Under the pieces are notes generated by a model. That model had not been told where the DNA came from, searched no databases, and saw only the letters and a program-made list of their open reading frames with translations. Shown piece after piece: positions 14,272 through 31,062 of a stretch of 64,000 bases of DNA; position 1 is the first letter of the stretch, and each line of letters starts with the position of its first letter. A program made the position numbers and the translations under genes. The stretch lies in NCBI RefSeq assembly GCF_009914755.1, contig NC_060928.1. One strand, 5' to 3'. Source of the stretch: the human T2T-CHM13v2.0 reference genome, Homo sapiens.

Positions 14272-15039
14272 TGTAAGTAACATGCGATGGGGATAAAAGA
14301 AGTGGTAGAAGTAGAGTTTGATGATTTTTACTAATGATTATTAACTTGCTCTGTCTCTACGCTTCCTGCTAGTGGCATGTAATTTACCATTTGTCCTTTA
14401 AGAGTTTCTCTCCCAGCAACTTCACTGAATTTTGAAAATTTCCAGTGACCTCTTACAACTCTTGGTCATCCTCTAACAGAGGTTCATCCCCCACCTATTT
14501 TCAGGGAGTCTGTTAAGACCATCAATTACTCCTCCTTCCTTCATCTGAACTGTCTTCTGCTTTCTACCTGCACACAGGAGCAAGACTACCTAATGGACGT
14601 TATCAATTATAATAATTTCTGAGAATGTAAGTACCCAAGGAAAAGGACAGATTGTTTTCACTGGAAGTTTCTGTCAAACATTTTTCTTAAAGTTCCGGCA
14701 CCATGAAGTCACAGAGCAGAAATACCCCCACTCCTGGGGAATCTTCAGTCATCCAGCAGTATTTCCACTCATTCTAGGGCTGTGAGTTCTCATTAGGTGG
14801 GGGGTTATCCTGTCTCCTGTAAACAGATACTGTGTTCTTACCCTTTTCTCTTTGGTACTATTTGCTGCTCTATTGCTGATTTTTTTTTTGTTGCTATTAA
14901 AAATACCTGTGTCTCTTTCTTTAAGAAAGTACCAAGTGGTCTCCACTCCCATTTATTTATAATGTCATCTCATTAAGAAAGAAAAGGAAGCATCTTTATC
15001 TTCTTTTCAAGGATAAACTCATGGAACATGTATATACAT

Positions 15040-15760
15040 TTTTATACCCATATTTCCTTACCCCCTGCTCCCCCAATCCCTGTCAGCCTCAGCCTTGCAA
15101 TTGCCATTTGACAGTAACCACTTATACCATGGTCTGTACCCAATGTTTTTGCTTTCGATTTTGCCTTCTGAAACATTAGTCATTTATGGCCTCAGTGTCA
15201 GTGATGGCAGAGCTTCTTCTTTATCCTCATGTCACTGGCTTCTTTCTGTTTTCTAGCAGTGAGTATCCCTGACAGTCCTCCTCTTTGCTACCCTTGGAAA
15301 TGTAACCTCTGACATGGTTCCATGTTATCAGCCCTGTCTAGATGACTCTTAAATCCACATATACACCTCTTAGTGCAGCAGACACATGTCTGACATACCA
15401 CTTATCAGAAGCCTCTCCACCCAAAACCTTAGGTTGTGTCATATGAAATTATTAATTTAATGGTTAAATGGCAATTGTATATGATACAACCTAATATTTA
15501 TGTTCCCAAACTGAAGTCAGTTGTTTTTCTCCAAACCTGCATTTTCCCCAACTAGCCTATTATTATCATTGACAACTCTGGACACTTGTTTACCAGGCTT
15601 ATGATATTGGAGTCATCTGTAACATCTTCCTCCTTGGTTCATACCTCCATTTCTCCTGTAAGTGAGAAGGCTATTAACTGATCTCTGATTTTTTTTTCTT
15701 CTTCCTAACCATGCTATCCCTGGATTGCCATAATGAAGCTTGCATGCCCGTTTTTATATT
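15040..15760 (+). mobile_element. L2 internal fragment
   Basis: 'gatgactcttaaatcc', 'cccaaactgaa...ctccaaacctgc', 'tggagtcatct' L2 ORF2-region motifs, heavily diverged. Confidence 0.5.
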
Positions 15761-15949
15761 CTGATGTATGCTCTGAAGCAGCGATTCTTAGGTAGTACTG
15801 GTTTGTTCATTGTCCTTTCCTTGAAGAGTCTTTTGTCATCTCTTGTTTGAAGTTAAAATGCTTGTGATTAGATTATTTTCTTACTTGATTTTTTGGCCTA
15901 TATCTCCTATTGTACCCTCAGTTTATTATTCTACTTCAATAAGCCACAG

Positions 15950-16100
15950 TTTAATTTTGGTAAGCTCTGGTTTTTAAATCTGTAAATTGGTACTAATAAT
16001 ATTAACAATCTTATAAGACTGTGGTTAAGATTAATTTAATACCTACAAATCACTTAGAATAGTGTCTGGGACGTAGTAAGCCCTTATTAATTGTTAATAA
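15950..16100 (+). mobile_element. MIR fragment
   Basis: 'atctgtaaattggtactaataat...cacttagaatagtgtctgggacgtagtaagc'. Confidence 0.7.
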
Positions 16101-18678
16101 TGTTGAAAAAATCAGAAAATTCATTATCATCTTGTGATGAGGTCAGATTTCTTTTATTGTTTTCTATGTTTTTGCCAAAAAATAAAAACACCTCAAAACC
16201 CACAGCTTTTAAAAGATTTATGTTTAATTCTGGGTTTATGAAAAACTTTTGGTTAATTCTTGCTCATCTTGATTTAATTTCATCCTCCTTAATTGTAGTG
16301 TTCTTGAATGATGATTTTAAAAAAGAAACATAAGAAACCATGTATTTTTTGGAAGGTGTTGAATATTAAGTATTCTAATAAAGGGTTGCTATGAAGAAAA
16401 ACTTTTGGTAAAGGTGATTCTCAAACTTTAGTTTGCTGAAGTGGCCCAAGAAATATAGTCAGGGATTTGAACTGCGGTAATGTCTTTGAAGTCTAGTCGC
16501 CTGCCTTTAATTTTGCAGTAAGCGCCTAATCTCATTAGATTTCATACACTCTGTGTTTGCACTTGCACAAAAGCTGTCCAAACAAAGCCAAAATGTTGAC
16601 ACCACCGTCCTCTGATGGCATTTAGAATGAATATATTAAACACACTTGCACTAGCATTGCATTAAGCTAAGAAATAAATTTTGAACTTTGAACTCAGCAG
16701 GATAAAAAAGCTTTACTTGATAGCCGAGAAATTGTGTTGTGGTATCATGTAGGGAATTCATTGTGTTGTTCAGAGACTCCAAACATGCAAACATTCTCTA
16801 CATACAGTAGGTACCGCACAAGTAAAGAATTAAAGTAAAGAGCAGTCCTCAAATCCCGTTGTTAGGGACCTAAATGGAAGGTAAAGTGGGCTGGTGGATT
16901 TGCTTTGAAATTCATTGAATAAACTTTGATTAAATTCACTTCAGAGAAGGGCTCACAATGAAAGAATATCTCCTAGTTACCGTGTGAATGAGAGTATGTC
17001 TTCTCTTCAATTCACTTCACTAATTTACGAATTTAGAAATTCTCTTTGTAAACTGGCAGTCATCTTTTTATTGAAGGTTTGGAATCTGACGATTATAACA
17101 AGAGTTCAAATGATAACTTCTTTGTCCCTTCTCATAAAATGAAGATAGCAACGAGACTGGAATTGAGGACTAACTAAATCTAGTGGCTAGGAGTATTTAA
17201 TGTTTTCTAAATGGATAGTAACTAAAAGAAATAGACTTATCCATAAAATATGTATACATGTTTATAAACCTACATATCTGGAATATGGCCACCAATTAGG
17301 AAGTATATGCCAACAGCCTTCCATCAAGGAAAATAGTGACTACACAGCCCATATAGTGAAGTTTGTGCATTTTACTTTCTAAAAGTCTCTTAGTTCCTTA
17401 CTATGCTTGCTTTTTAAAGATGTTATTTGCTTGGGTTTTTGCTTTTGGCTTATATTAAAGCGATTTCATAACAAGCACTATTTGGAATGTATCACATTAG
17501 CTATTGTCAGAATGCCATTGAAGACATTATTCTATCCTATATTACCCTTCTTTATGAATATGATGAAAAAATTCTCTTAGGTCTTAATGTTAAGAGTGGT
17601 AGTACTTTTTCTGAATAGCTGGTTTGTTTTTATTTTCTGAGCATTGTGAACCTGTAACTAATGGATTGCCTTTTTATCTTTGCTTTGGCTTCCAGGAAAT
17701 CCAGAGCTGTTTGCTACCTAGCACTAGCAATTACAGAGAGGTACAGAGCATGCAGTCTGCGTGTGTTACCTACCTTGGCTTTATTATTTTTCTTATTCTT
17801 TAATATATTCTTATTTTCCTTTTGTTCAAATTCCTTCAAAAATTATTTTTTGTAATTGCATAATTTTAAAAAGCTGCCATACATCCTTTGTGGAAAGGGA
17901 TAAGTGTATATGCATTTGTAAATTTATGCATAAGTACATTTATAGATTCATACTTATGGCATGAGTGGTTTTCCAAACTGTAGCAAATTAGAAGCCACAA
18001 ATTAGGAGAGGGATGATTGCTAGACAAAGGGCATTAAGAACGTCAACAGATGTGACAACTGATGAACTCCATTGAGGACACCAGAAGACTATCATTGAAA
18101 AGATAAGTGTGGGAACTCAAAAAGCACAGCTACCTAAGACCATATATACAGGGCCAAAAAACTCTACATGTCTCTCTGATCCAAGAAGTAGCAAGGTGCT
18201 ATGATTGCTGTCTTAAAATGACCTCAACAGTAAAATAAGATTCTACTATTCTCCACATACTCTAACAGGACAGTGTTCTGTTTATTATCAGTTAGAAATA
18301 TGTCCCCTTCCCTATCCCCAAAATGGTTCTCTTTAAAAGACTGAACTTCAAGTATTCAAAAAACTAACTTAGCAGAAAGAAGACCCTTACTTGTTCTTTT
18401 AAAAGCACCACATGTAAAGCATCTGTTGCATGACTAGGTTAGAAATCATTAGTTTGCTTCCCTACAAACCAATATTGCATCACCTGAACTGATCTGTCTT
18501 CAAAGGTAACTGAAGCCCACTGAGTGTGAGACTATGAGAATGATTCATTATTCATGGAGGGGAGGTTTAGTTACCAAGGACTGAGTGGGAATTTGGCTCA
18601 GATGTAAGTGATAATATAATATAATAATATAGTAATAGCAATAATGGCGGCTAACATGCCTCTCTTTGGCTCAACTAC

Positions 18679-18962
18679 TTTTTTTTGTCTCATTCTGTTG
18701 CATGGGCTGGAGTGCAGTGGCATGATTTCAGCTCACTGCAGTCTTGACCTCCTGGGCTCAAGCGATCCTCCCGCCTCAGCCTCTTGAGTAGCTGGAACTA
18801 CAGGCACACACCACCATGCCCAGCTAATTTTTTTGTATTTTTTGTGAAGACAGAGTTTCACCATGTTGCCCAGGCTGGTCTTGAACTCCTGGGCTCAAGC
18901 TGTTATCCTGCCTCAGCCTCCCATTGTGCTGGGATTACAGATATGGGACACTGCACCCAGCT
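18679..18962 (-). mobile_element. Alu (AluJ)
   Basis: 'cctcctgggctcaagcgatcctcc' J diagnostics; ctactttt at both flanks. Confidence 0.95.
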
Positions 18963-19096
18963 ACTTTTGTTTTAATGAGGTGATAGAAAGTCCATGGCTC
19001 CCTGGCCTGCATGAGGAGGGGTGCACATGGCAGTGAGAAACAGATATTTGATTCTCAACTTGTGAGTGAATGAAGTCATTGGAACTATTACCTGAG

Positions 19097-19345
19097 TGTG
19101 GCATAGTGCCTAAAAGCATGGACTCTGGAGCAGAAATTCTGGGTTTAAATCTTGGCTTCACTACTTGCTGGCTGTGTGATCTTAGACAAGTTACTTAACT
19201 TCTCTGTGTCTTAGTTTTGCCAGCTTTAATATAGAGACAGCAATATTTCATACCACAAAGGGCTGTGAGAGTTAGATGAGTTACCATAAATAAAGTGCTT
19301 AAAACAATGCCTGGCTATATTAAACATTATTTAAATGATGTTATT
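19097..19345 (+). mobile_element. MIR, near full length
   Basis: tRNA-derived head 'tggcatagtgcctaaaagcatggactctggagc', core and 3' tail all present. Confidence 0.9.
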
Positions 19346-20118
19346 TTTATCATTAAATATTACCACTAAGGTCAGAAGGAAGAATTTGTTTTGAGTTCTA
19401 AGGTAATATAAACATCCCCTTTCTTTTCACATTGCATTATATTTATCTTTATATGACGTTAAATTTGCAAATATGTGAATATCCTTATCCTATTCTATTC
19501 ATATGCCTCTGAAAAAGGGGCAGGGTTCTGGCGAAATAGATTTGGGTCTTGGCAATAAACGTTTGGGGGTCTATTAAGAATAATTCCATATATCAAACCA
19601 CAGATCTCACTTTTTAAAAAGTTAAATTTAATTTAAATGTGGTTTTAATCTTATTCTAAAAGTAACCTAATCACATTACAAAAATTTGTCTGTTCTTTAT
19701 CTAGTTCAATCCCATGAACAAAACCAAACCACCATTATGGAATAAATGATACTATGTGTTTGTATGTAATGGGTTTTTTTTTTTAATGGTATATGGGTGT
19801 GTATGGATAGGTGTATGTGTTTGTTACAGTGATTCTCACACTTTCTTTTTCCTGTCACACTTAAACATGCTTAAAATAGTCCCATAAACATTTTCTAGCA
19901 TCAAACTGTATTTTAGCTCTTCACTAAAATATAAGTAAAATCATTGCAAATTTGAACATCTTAACAGATGACTTGCAACTCGGCATCAACACGTTAATGC
20001 ATCACTAGTTAATGGTCATAGTAATGTTGAATGGACAAGCTTATATTCTGCCTTTTCACTTAATATTTTTCATAAGCATTTTTTATGTAATTATGAGTTT
20101 TAGAAATTATTATTATAA

Positions 20119-20553
<435 letters not shown>

Positions 20554-20826
20554 TAGAACCATCTTAAAGCAAATCCCAGGCATTGTGACATTTTGACATT
20601 CTATCTCTAAACATTTCAGCATGAGTCTCTAAAAAATCAGTTAAGTTTATGGCATAACCACCACAATACCTTTATTACAGTAAACAGAATTAACATCTAA
20701 CTCAGGCTGTATTCAAATTTCCCTGAAAGACTCAGATAGGTCTTTCCAAGTCTATTTGCTTCAGAATCCAACAAAATCTACACATCGCATATAGTTGTGT
20801 GTCTCTTAAATCTTTTAAATCTAGAA

Positions 20827-21022
20827 CCGTGTCATCCAGTATGGTAGCCACTGGCCAAAAGTGGATTTTTAAATTTAAATTATTAAAATGAAATGAAATT
20901 AAGAAAGTCAGACCATAAGTCACACTAGCCACATTTCAAGTGCTCCGTAGTGACCGCCTTATTTGGACAGCACAGATGCGGAACATTTCCGTCATCGCCG
21001 AACGTTCAATGAAACAGGGAAC
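20827..21022 (-). mobile_element. MER3 (hAT-Charlie MITE)
   Basis: 'tccagtatggtagccactggcc', 'cactagccacatttcaagtgctc'; preceded by the NTCTAGAN target atctagaa. Confidence 0.85.
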
Positions 21023-23480
21023 TCTTCGAGAGATGAACTCCTTCTTCCCTTCCCCTAGATCACCAAATTATTAAAGAAGCTAAATCAATTTTCCATAGTT
21101 CTTGAGTTGCTTACTTATGGACAGTTTGGCTTATTCCTTTCAATCTGGTTTTTCCTATAAATTAGAAGTTTCATTGAAAAGTTTGATTAAAGTTTTACTG
21201 TTTTGTGGGAGTTGTGGGGAGGCAGGAATACTTCATAGGTGGTGCTGTGTATTTCAATAATCAGGATTTTTGTGATCGATTTTTATTTCATTGAGTGAAT
21301 GTACAAGCATATTTTTACTAAAGTTTTCTTTTATTATTGGATATTTAGCTTGTTACTGTTTTTTCACTTCATATCGAGTGTTGTCACGAATATTTCTGTG
21401 AATAGAGACTTTTTAATATTTAGAGTATTTCTATAGAATAGATGACCAGAAAAGAAAATTCTACATTAAAGCTATTAACAGTTTTATGGCTTTGGATTTG
21501 TATTATATTGTTTAATTATTTTTCAAAAGGATTATATCAACTGATACTACTCCCAGTAATATGTGGGTGCCAGTTTTACCACATCTTCACTGGTATCAAG
21601 TATTATCATGGAAATAAAGAGTTTTAAAAAATTTAATAGTGTCCTGAAATTCAAATGAGTTTTTCTTCAGTTCTTTTTTATTCCCTAATGTCTTGGGCAG
21701 ACTTTACCAATGAGGTGCTTCTTCCAACAAGGAACGGTTTCCAACATCTTAGGCTTGAAGACAGGATGCACCAGGAGGCTTTGCCCTGAGCCCTTCCTGC
21801 CTAGATCCTTTTGGCTAATAATCCTTTTTCTCTCTTTATGATTCATTCTGAGAAGGCTTAGTGGTTAATCTTCTATTTCCAGTTTTATGCTGTGTTCCTC
21901 CCCCTCGCCTAGATCTGAAACATCCTTTCCTTCAACAATTCAAATGTCTTGGCTATTCATTTTCCCCTTTGGTTCAGAAAGCTTTAGTTGTCAATTCTAT
22001 TCCCTTGTCAGCAACAATTTTTATTCTTACTGGCTTAGTCAGGCTGTCTGCCCTGGCTTTCTTTATAAGTGTTTTTGTGTGGAATTTTTGCCTCCTAGGA
22101 AGCCCACTGTAGCATAACATAATTAAGTGACAATATATGAGGTGCCAGGACTTTACAAGCAGTTAATGACTGGTCAGAAGATTTATAAGCAAGAGGTGAA
22201 ATCAAAGTGAACCAAACACTCAAGTTCTATATAAATAAAAAATAAATAAAATTAATGTGGTTCAAATTGTTGTTTAACAGTTATTTGAAAAGAAGTACAC
22301 GAAAACATGCATGTGAAGAAATCTTGAAATGCAATCGCGTATTCACAAACACAACTCCATCTGTGCCTCGTATTTCCTTTTCCGGCTCCCCTATTTGTGG
22401 GCCTCCCATAACTGTCTGCTTCAGCATTTGCTTTCCAACCTGCTCACCTCTGGCACTACTTTGATTCTTCATTGCTCCCCCTTACATTTTCAGTAAAAAT
22501 AAAATGGGTGTAACTGAAGTTAGAATCTGACTCTTTATACAAAGCTATACATGTAAGATGCTAACCAGCACAGAAAATGTCTATCATGGGAAAGTTAAAA
22601 TTGCAATGAGAAACTTAACCTCGGAATTTCCTGCTGCTCTGTCTCTTGAGTTAATGTTTTAATTTGATGTTCTTATTTGGCTCTAAATGAAAAGTTAGAG
22701 CAGAGGTAGAAAAAAACAAACAAACAAACACAAAAGACCTACATGCAACTTATTATGGTTGTGATGTAATTAAGACCACACAACAGCACATAACTCTCAG
22801 ATGGTTGTGCTGAGTGTTTGTAGCGTCTTATAACCTCGACCAGACTATCTGACTGAATACTTCCAAGGATTGCGCTGCATAGATACAAAGTGATTTTTGG
22901 ATTCCTGATAGTTGTATCATAGCCTCAAATCCTATTTTCCATTTTTTCAGGAGCTCAAAAACAGGCATGTGGAAAGTTCTACTTAAAAAAAAAAGTTCAG
23001 CTGAATTGGTACTCTATACAAGGAACTATCTTAACTAAATTTTCAATCCAAGAAAATATCGCTACCCCACTCCAAATAAAGTGGTTGAACATCTCATATT
23101 GGGTTGGAAAAAGAGTTTAGTGATTTATAATGAACTGTTTCCTTCTAAAGGCATCACCTGGCACAAAGGTATTAATTGTAAGTATGTGATTAGTGAGAAT
23201 GTAGTGAGGATTACTGGAAGATGGACATCTTATCTATAGTATTCTAGCATTCATTCTTTTCTATATTTCTTTTTTTTTATTATACTTTAAGTTCTGGGAC
23301 ACGTGCAGAATGTGCAGGTTTGTTACATAGGTATACATGTGCCATGGTGGTTTGCTGAACCTATCAACCCATAACCTACATTAGATATTTCTCCTAATGC
23401 TATCCTTCCCCTTGCACCCCACCCCACGACAGGCCCCAGTGTGTGATGTTCCCCTCCCTGTGCCCATATGTTCTCATTGT

Positions 23481-27294
<3,814 letters not shown>

Positions 27295-27357
27295 TATGAT
27301 GTTAGCTGGTTATCTTGCCCATTAGTTGATGTAGTTTCTTCATAGTGTTGGTGGTCT

Positions 27358-28369
27358 TTACATTTTGGTTTGTTTTTGCAGTGGCTGGTACCAGTTTTTC
27401 CTTTCCAGATTTAGTGCTTCCTTCAGGAGCTCTTATAAGGCAGGCCTGGTGGTGACAAAATCTCTCAGCATTTGTTTATCTGTAAAGGATTTCATTTCTT
27501 CTTCACTTATGAAGGTTAGTTAGGCTAGATATGAAATTCTGGGTTGAAAATTCTTTTCTTTAAGAATGTTGAATATTGGCCTCCACTTTCTTCTGGCTTG
27601 TAGGGTTTTACAGAGAGATCTGCTATTAGTCTGATAGGCTTCCATTTGTGGGTAACCCAACCTTTCTCTCTGGCTGCCCTTAACATTTTTTCCTTCGTTT
27701 CAACATTGGTGAATCTGACATTTATGTGTCTTGGGGTTGCTCTTCTCAAGGAGTATCTTTGGGTGTTCTCTGTATTTCCTGAATTTGAATGTTGGCCTGT
27801 CTTGCTTGATTGGGGAAGTTCTCCTGGATAATATCCTGAAGTGTGTTTTCCAACTTGGTTCAATTCTCTCCATCACTTTCAAGTACACTAATCAAATGTA
27901 GGTTTGGTCTTTTAACATAGTCTCATATTTTTTGGAGGCTTTATTCATTCCTTTTCATTCTTTTTTCTCTAATCTTGTCTTCACGTTTTATTTCATTAAA
28001 TTGATCTTCAATCACTTCCACTTGATTGATTCACCTATTGAAACTTGTGTATGCTTCTCGAAGTTCTCGTGATGTATTTTTCAGCTCCATGAGGTCATTT
28101 ATGTTCTTCTCTAAACTAGTTATTCAAGTTAGCAATTCCTCTAACCTTTTATCACGGTTCTTAGCTTCCTTGCATTGGGTTAGAACATGCTCCTTTAGCT
28201 TGGAGGAGTTTGTTATTACCCACCTTCTGAAGTCTACTTCTGTCGATTTGTGAAACTCATTTTCCGTCCATTTTTGTTCCCTTGCTGGTGAGGAGTTGTG
28301 ATCTTTTGGAGGAGAAGAGGCTTTCTGGCTTTTTGAATTTTCAACATTTTTGCATTGGTTTTTCCTCAT
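27358..28369 (-). pseudogene. L1 ORF1, disrupted
   Basis: MRKNQCKNVENSK... start and ...RATPRHINVRF...KMLRAAREKG...KPIRL fragments in separate frames. Confidence 0.93.
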
Positions 28370-29547
28370 CTCAGCGGAATTATCTACATTTGGTCTTTGC
28401 TGTTGGTGACCTTCTGATGGAGTTTTTGCATGGTCGTCCTCTTTGTTGATGTTGATGCTATTGCTTTCTGTTTGTTAGTTTTCCTTCTAACAGTCAGGTC
28501 CCTCTTCTGCAGGTCTGTTGGAGTTTGCTGGAGGTTTACTCCAGACCCTGATTGCCTGGTATCACCATCGGATGCTGCAGAACAGCAAAGATTGCTGCCT
28601 GTTCCTTCCTCTGGAAGCTTCATCCCAGAGGGGCACCTGCCAGATGCTAGCGGGAGCTCTCCTGTATGAGGTGGTGTCTGTTGACCCATGCTGGGAGGTG
28701 TCTCCCTGTCAGAAGTCACTGGGGTCAGGGACCCACTTGAGGAGGCAGTCTGTCCCTTAGCAGACTTTGAGCACTGTGCTGGGGGATCCACTGCTCTCTT
28801 CAGAGATGGCAGGTAGGAATATTTAAGTCTGCTGAAGCTGCACCCACAGCTGCCCCTTCCCCCAGGTGCTCTGTTTCAGGGAGATGGGAGTTTTATCTAT
28901 AAGCTGCTGATTGGGGCTGCTGCCTTTGTTTCAGAGATGCCCTGCCTAGAGAGGAGGAATCTAGAGAGGCAGTCTGGCTACAGTGGCTTTGTGGTGCTCC
29001 AGTGAGCTCTGCCCAGTCTGAACTTTCCGGGGGGGCTTTGTTTACACTGTGAGGGAAAACTACCTCCTCTCTGGGCAGGGCATCTCTGAAATAAAGGCAG
29101 CAGCCCCAGTTAGGGGCTTATAGGTAAAATTGTACTTTCAAGGTGGTGTTCCAGCAGGCTCCACTTACCTTTCCTTTCCAAAAACATCTTAGGAAAAAGG
29201 ATCTGTTGTGAAGTACCAGTAAGCCTGACTGCTGAGACAGATGTGGGTCATTTTGGTATTCATCTTCACAGATGTTTCTCACTCTGCGGGATTTGTTCAT
29301 AGTCACTGGCTTTACTAGGGATTTAGGGAAAAATCAGAATCTCATTTTTTAATGTATAACTGGAGACACATCTGACCCTGGGACATATCTTGCCTCTGAC
29401 AAGGTTAGGACTGAGCTAGAACCAAAGCATTTGGGTTTTTCAGGGGAAATTTCTGTTAACCCATAATAGCGTCATGATTATCCTTCTCACCATGGACATT
29501 CCCGGTACAGAGGTAGGAAAAATGCTCTAGGCGCAGAAATACCTTTT

Positions 29548-30303
29548 TTTTTTCTCTTTTTTTATTTTATTTTATTATTATTATACTTTAAGTTCTAGGG
29601 TACATGTGCACAATGTGCAGGTTAGTTACATATGTATACATGTGCCATGCTGGTGTGCTGCACCCATTAACTTGTCATTTAGCATTAGGTATATCTCCCA
29701 AAGCTATCCCTCCCCCCCACCCCCCACCCCACAACAGTCCCCAGAGTGTGATGTTCCCCTTCCTGTGTCCATGTGTTCTCATTGTTCAATTCCCACCTAT
29801 GAGTGAGAATATACCGTGTTTGGTTTTTTGTTCTTGCGATAGTTTACTGAGAATGATGATTTCCAATTTCATCCATGTCCCTACAAAGGACATCAACTCA
29901 TCATTTTTTATGGCTGCATAGTATTCCATGGTGTATATGTGCCACATTTTCTTAAACCAGTCTATTATTGTTGGACATTTGGGTTGGTTCCAAGTCTTCG
30001 CTATTGTGAATAATGCAGCAATAAACATACGTGTGCATGTATCTTTATAGCAGCATGATTTATAGTCCTTTGGGTATATACCCAGTAGTGGGATGGCTGG
30101 GTCAAATGGTATTTCTAGTTCTAGATCTCTGAGGAATCGCCACACTGACTTCCACAATGGTTGAACTAGTTTACAGTCCCACCAACAGTGTAAAAGTGTT
30201 CCTATTTCTCCACATCCTCTCCAGTACCTGTTGTTTCCTGACTTTTTAATGATTGTCATTCTAACTGGTGTGAGATGGTATCTCATTGTGGTTTTGATTT
30301 GCA
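29548..30303 (-). mobile_element. L1PA3-like LINE-1, 5' truncated (about 755 bp)
   Basis: Young 3' UTR diagnostics ('gttagttacatatg', 'cattaacttgtcatttagc'); open 172-aa ORF2p C-terminus; perfect TSD agaaatacctttt at 29535-29547 and 30304-30316. Confidence 0.97.
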
Positions 30304-30744
30304 AGAAATACCTTTTAGTCAGTGTTAAGGATGTTGATGCTTTCTTCCTATGAATCAGTCTATTTTTTTTTTCAAATATTGAGTCATGAAAATTTCCTTC
30401 TATTAAAACATTGCCTCATCAGTAGCACATGTACAATTGAGCACATACACTGGCCAATTGAAAGTGGATTAGACAGGTCAGTGGGGTAGGTGTGGTGAGG
30501 GCACCTGGCTGCAGAGCCACCTGTGTTCACCTCCTTGGGAAGTCCCCAAGTCTCAGATAGAGGTGGGCTCAAATTTTGTCACTTGAAAGTACAGCAATTA
30601 ATCCAGAAGTGTTAGGGGACAATTATCAAGCAGGACTTTCCCAGGGCCCACAAGCTAGAGTGCCTAGATGATATTTGGGTTTCATATCTTGGGTATGGAT
30701 TTATCAGTCTCAAACTCCAGTGTGCAAAAAGTAAAAAAGACTGA

Positions 30745-31062
30745 AAGGGGTGAGGAAGAAAAGAAGGAAGGAAGGAAAGAAAGGGGGAGGGAGGGAAGGA
30801 AGGGAGGCAGGGAGGGAGGGAGGGAACGAAGGAAGGAAGGAGGGAGGGAAGGAGGGAGGAAGGTAGGGAAAGGAAGGAAGGAGGGAGGCAAGGAGGGAGG
30901 GAAGGAAGGAGGGATGGAGGGAGGGGAGGAAGGAGGGAGGGAGTGAAGGAGGGAAGGAAGGCAGGAAGGAAGGAGGGAGGGAGGGAAGGAGGGAAGGAAG
31001 GAAGGAGGGAGAGAGGGAGGGAAGGAAGGAAGGAGGGAGGGAGGGAAGGAGGGAAGGAAAAG
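30745..31062. repeat. Polypurine (GGAA/GGGA)n tract, about 320 bp
   Basis: Almost pure A/G on the + strand. Confidence 0.97.

Noticed and set aside
22930-23185. Possible exon (acceptor at 22950, GTAAGT at 23178)
   Set aside because: Weak exonic donor context, no open frame support; such site pairs are frequent in AT-rich introns
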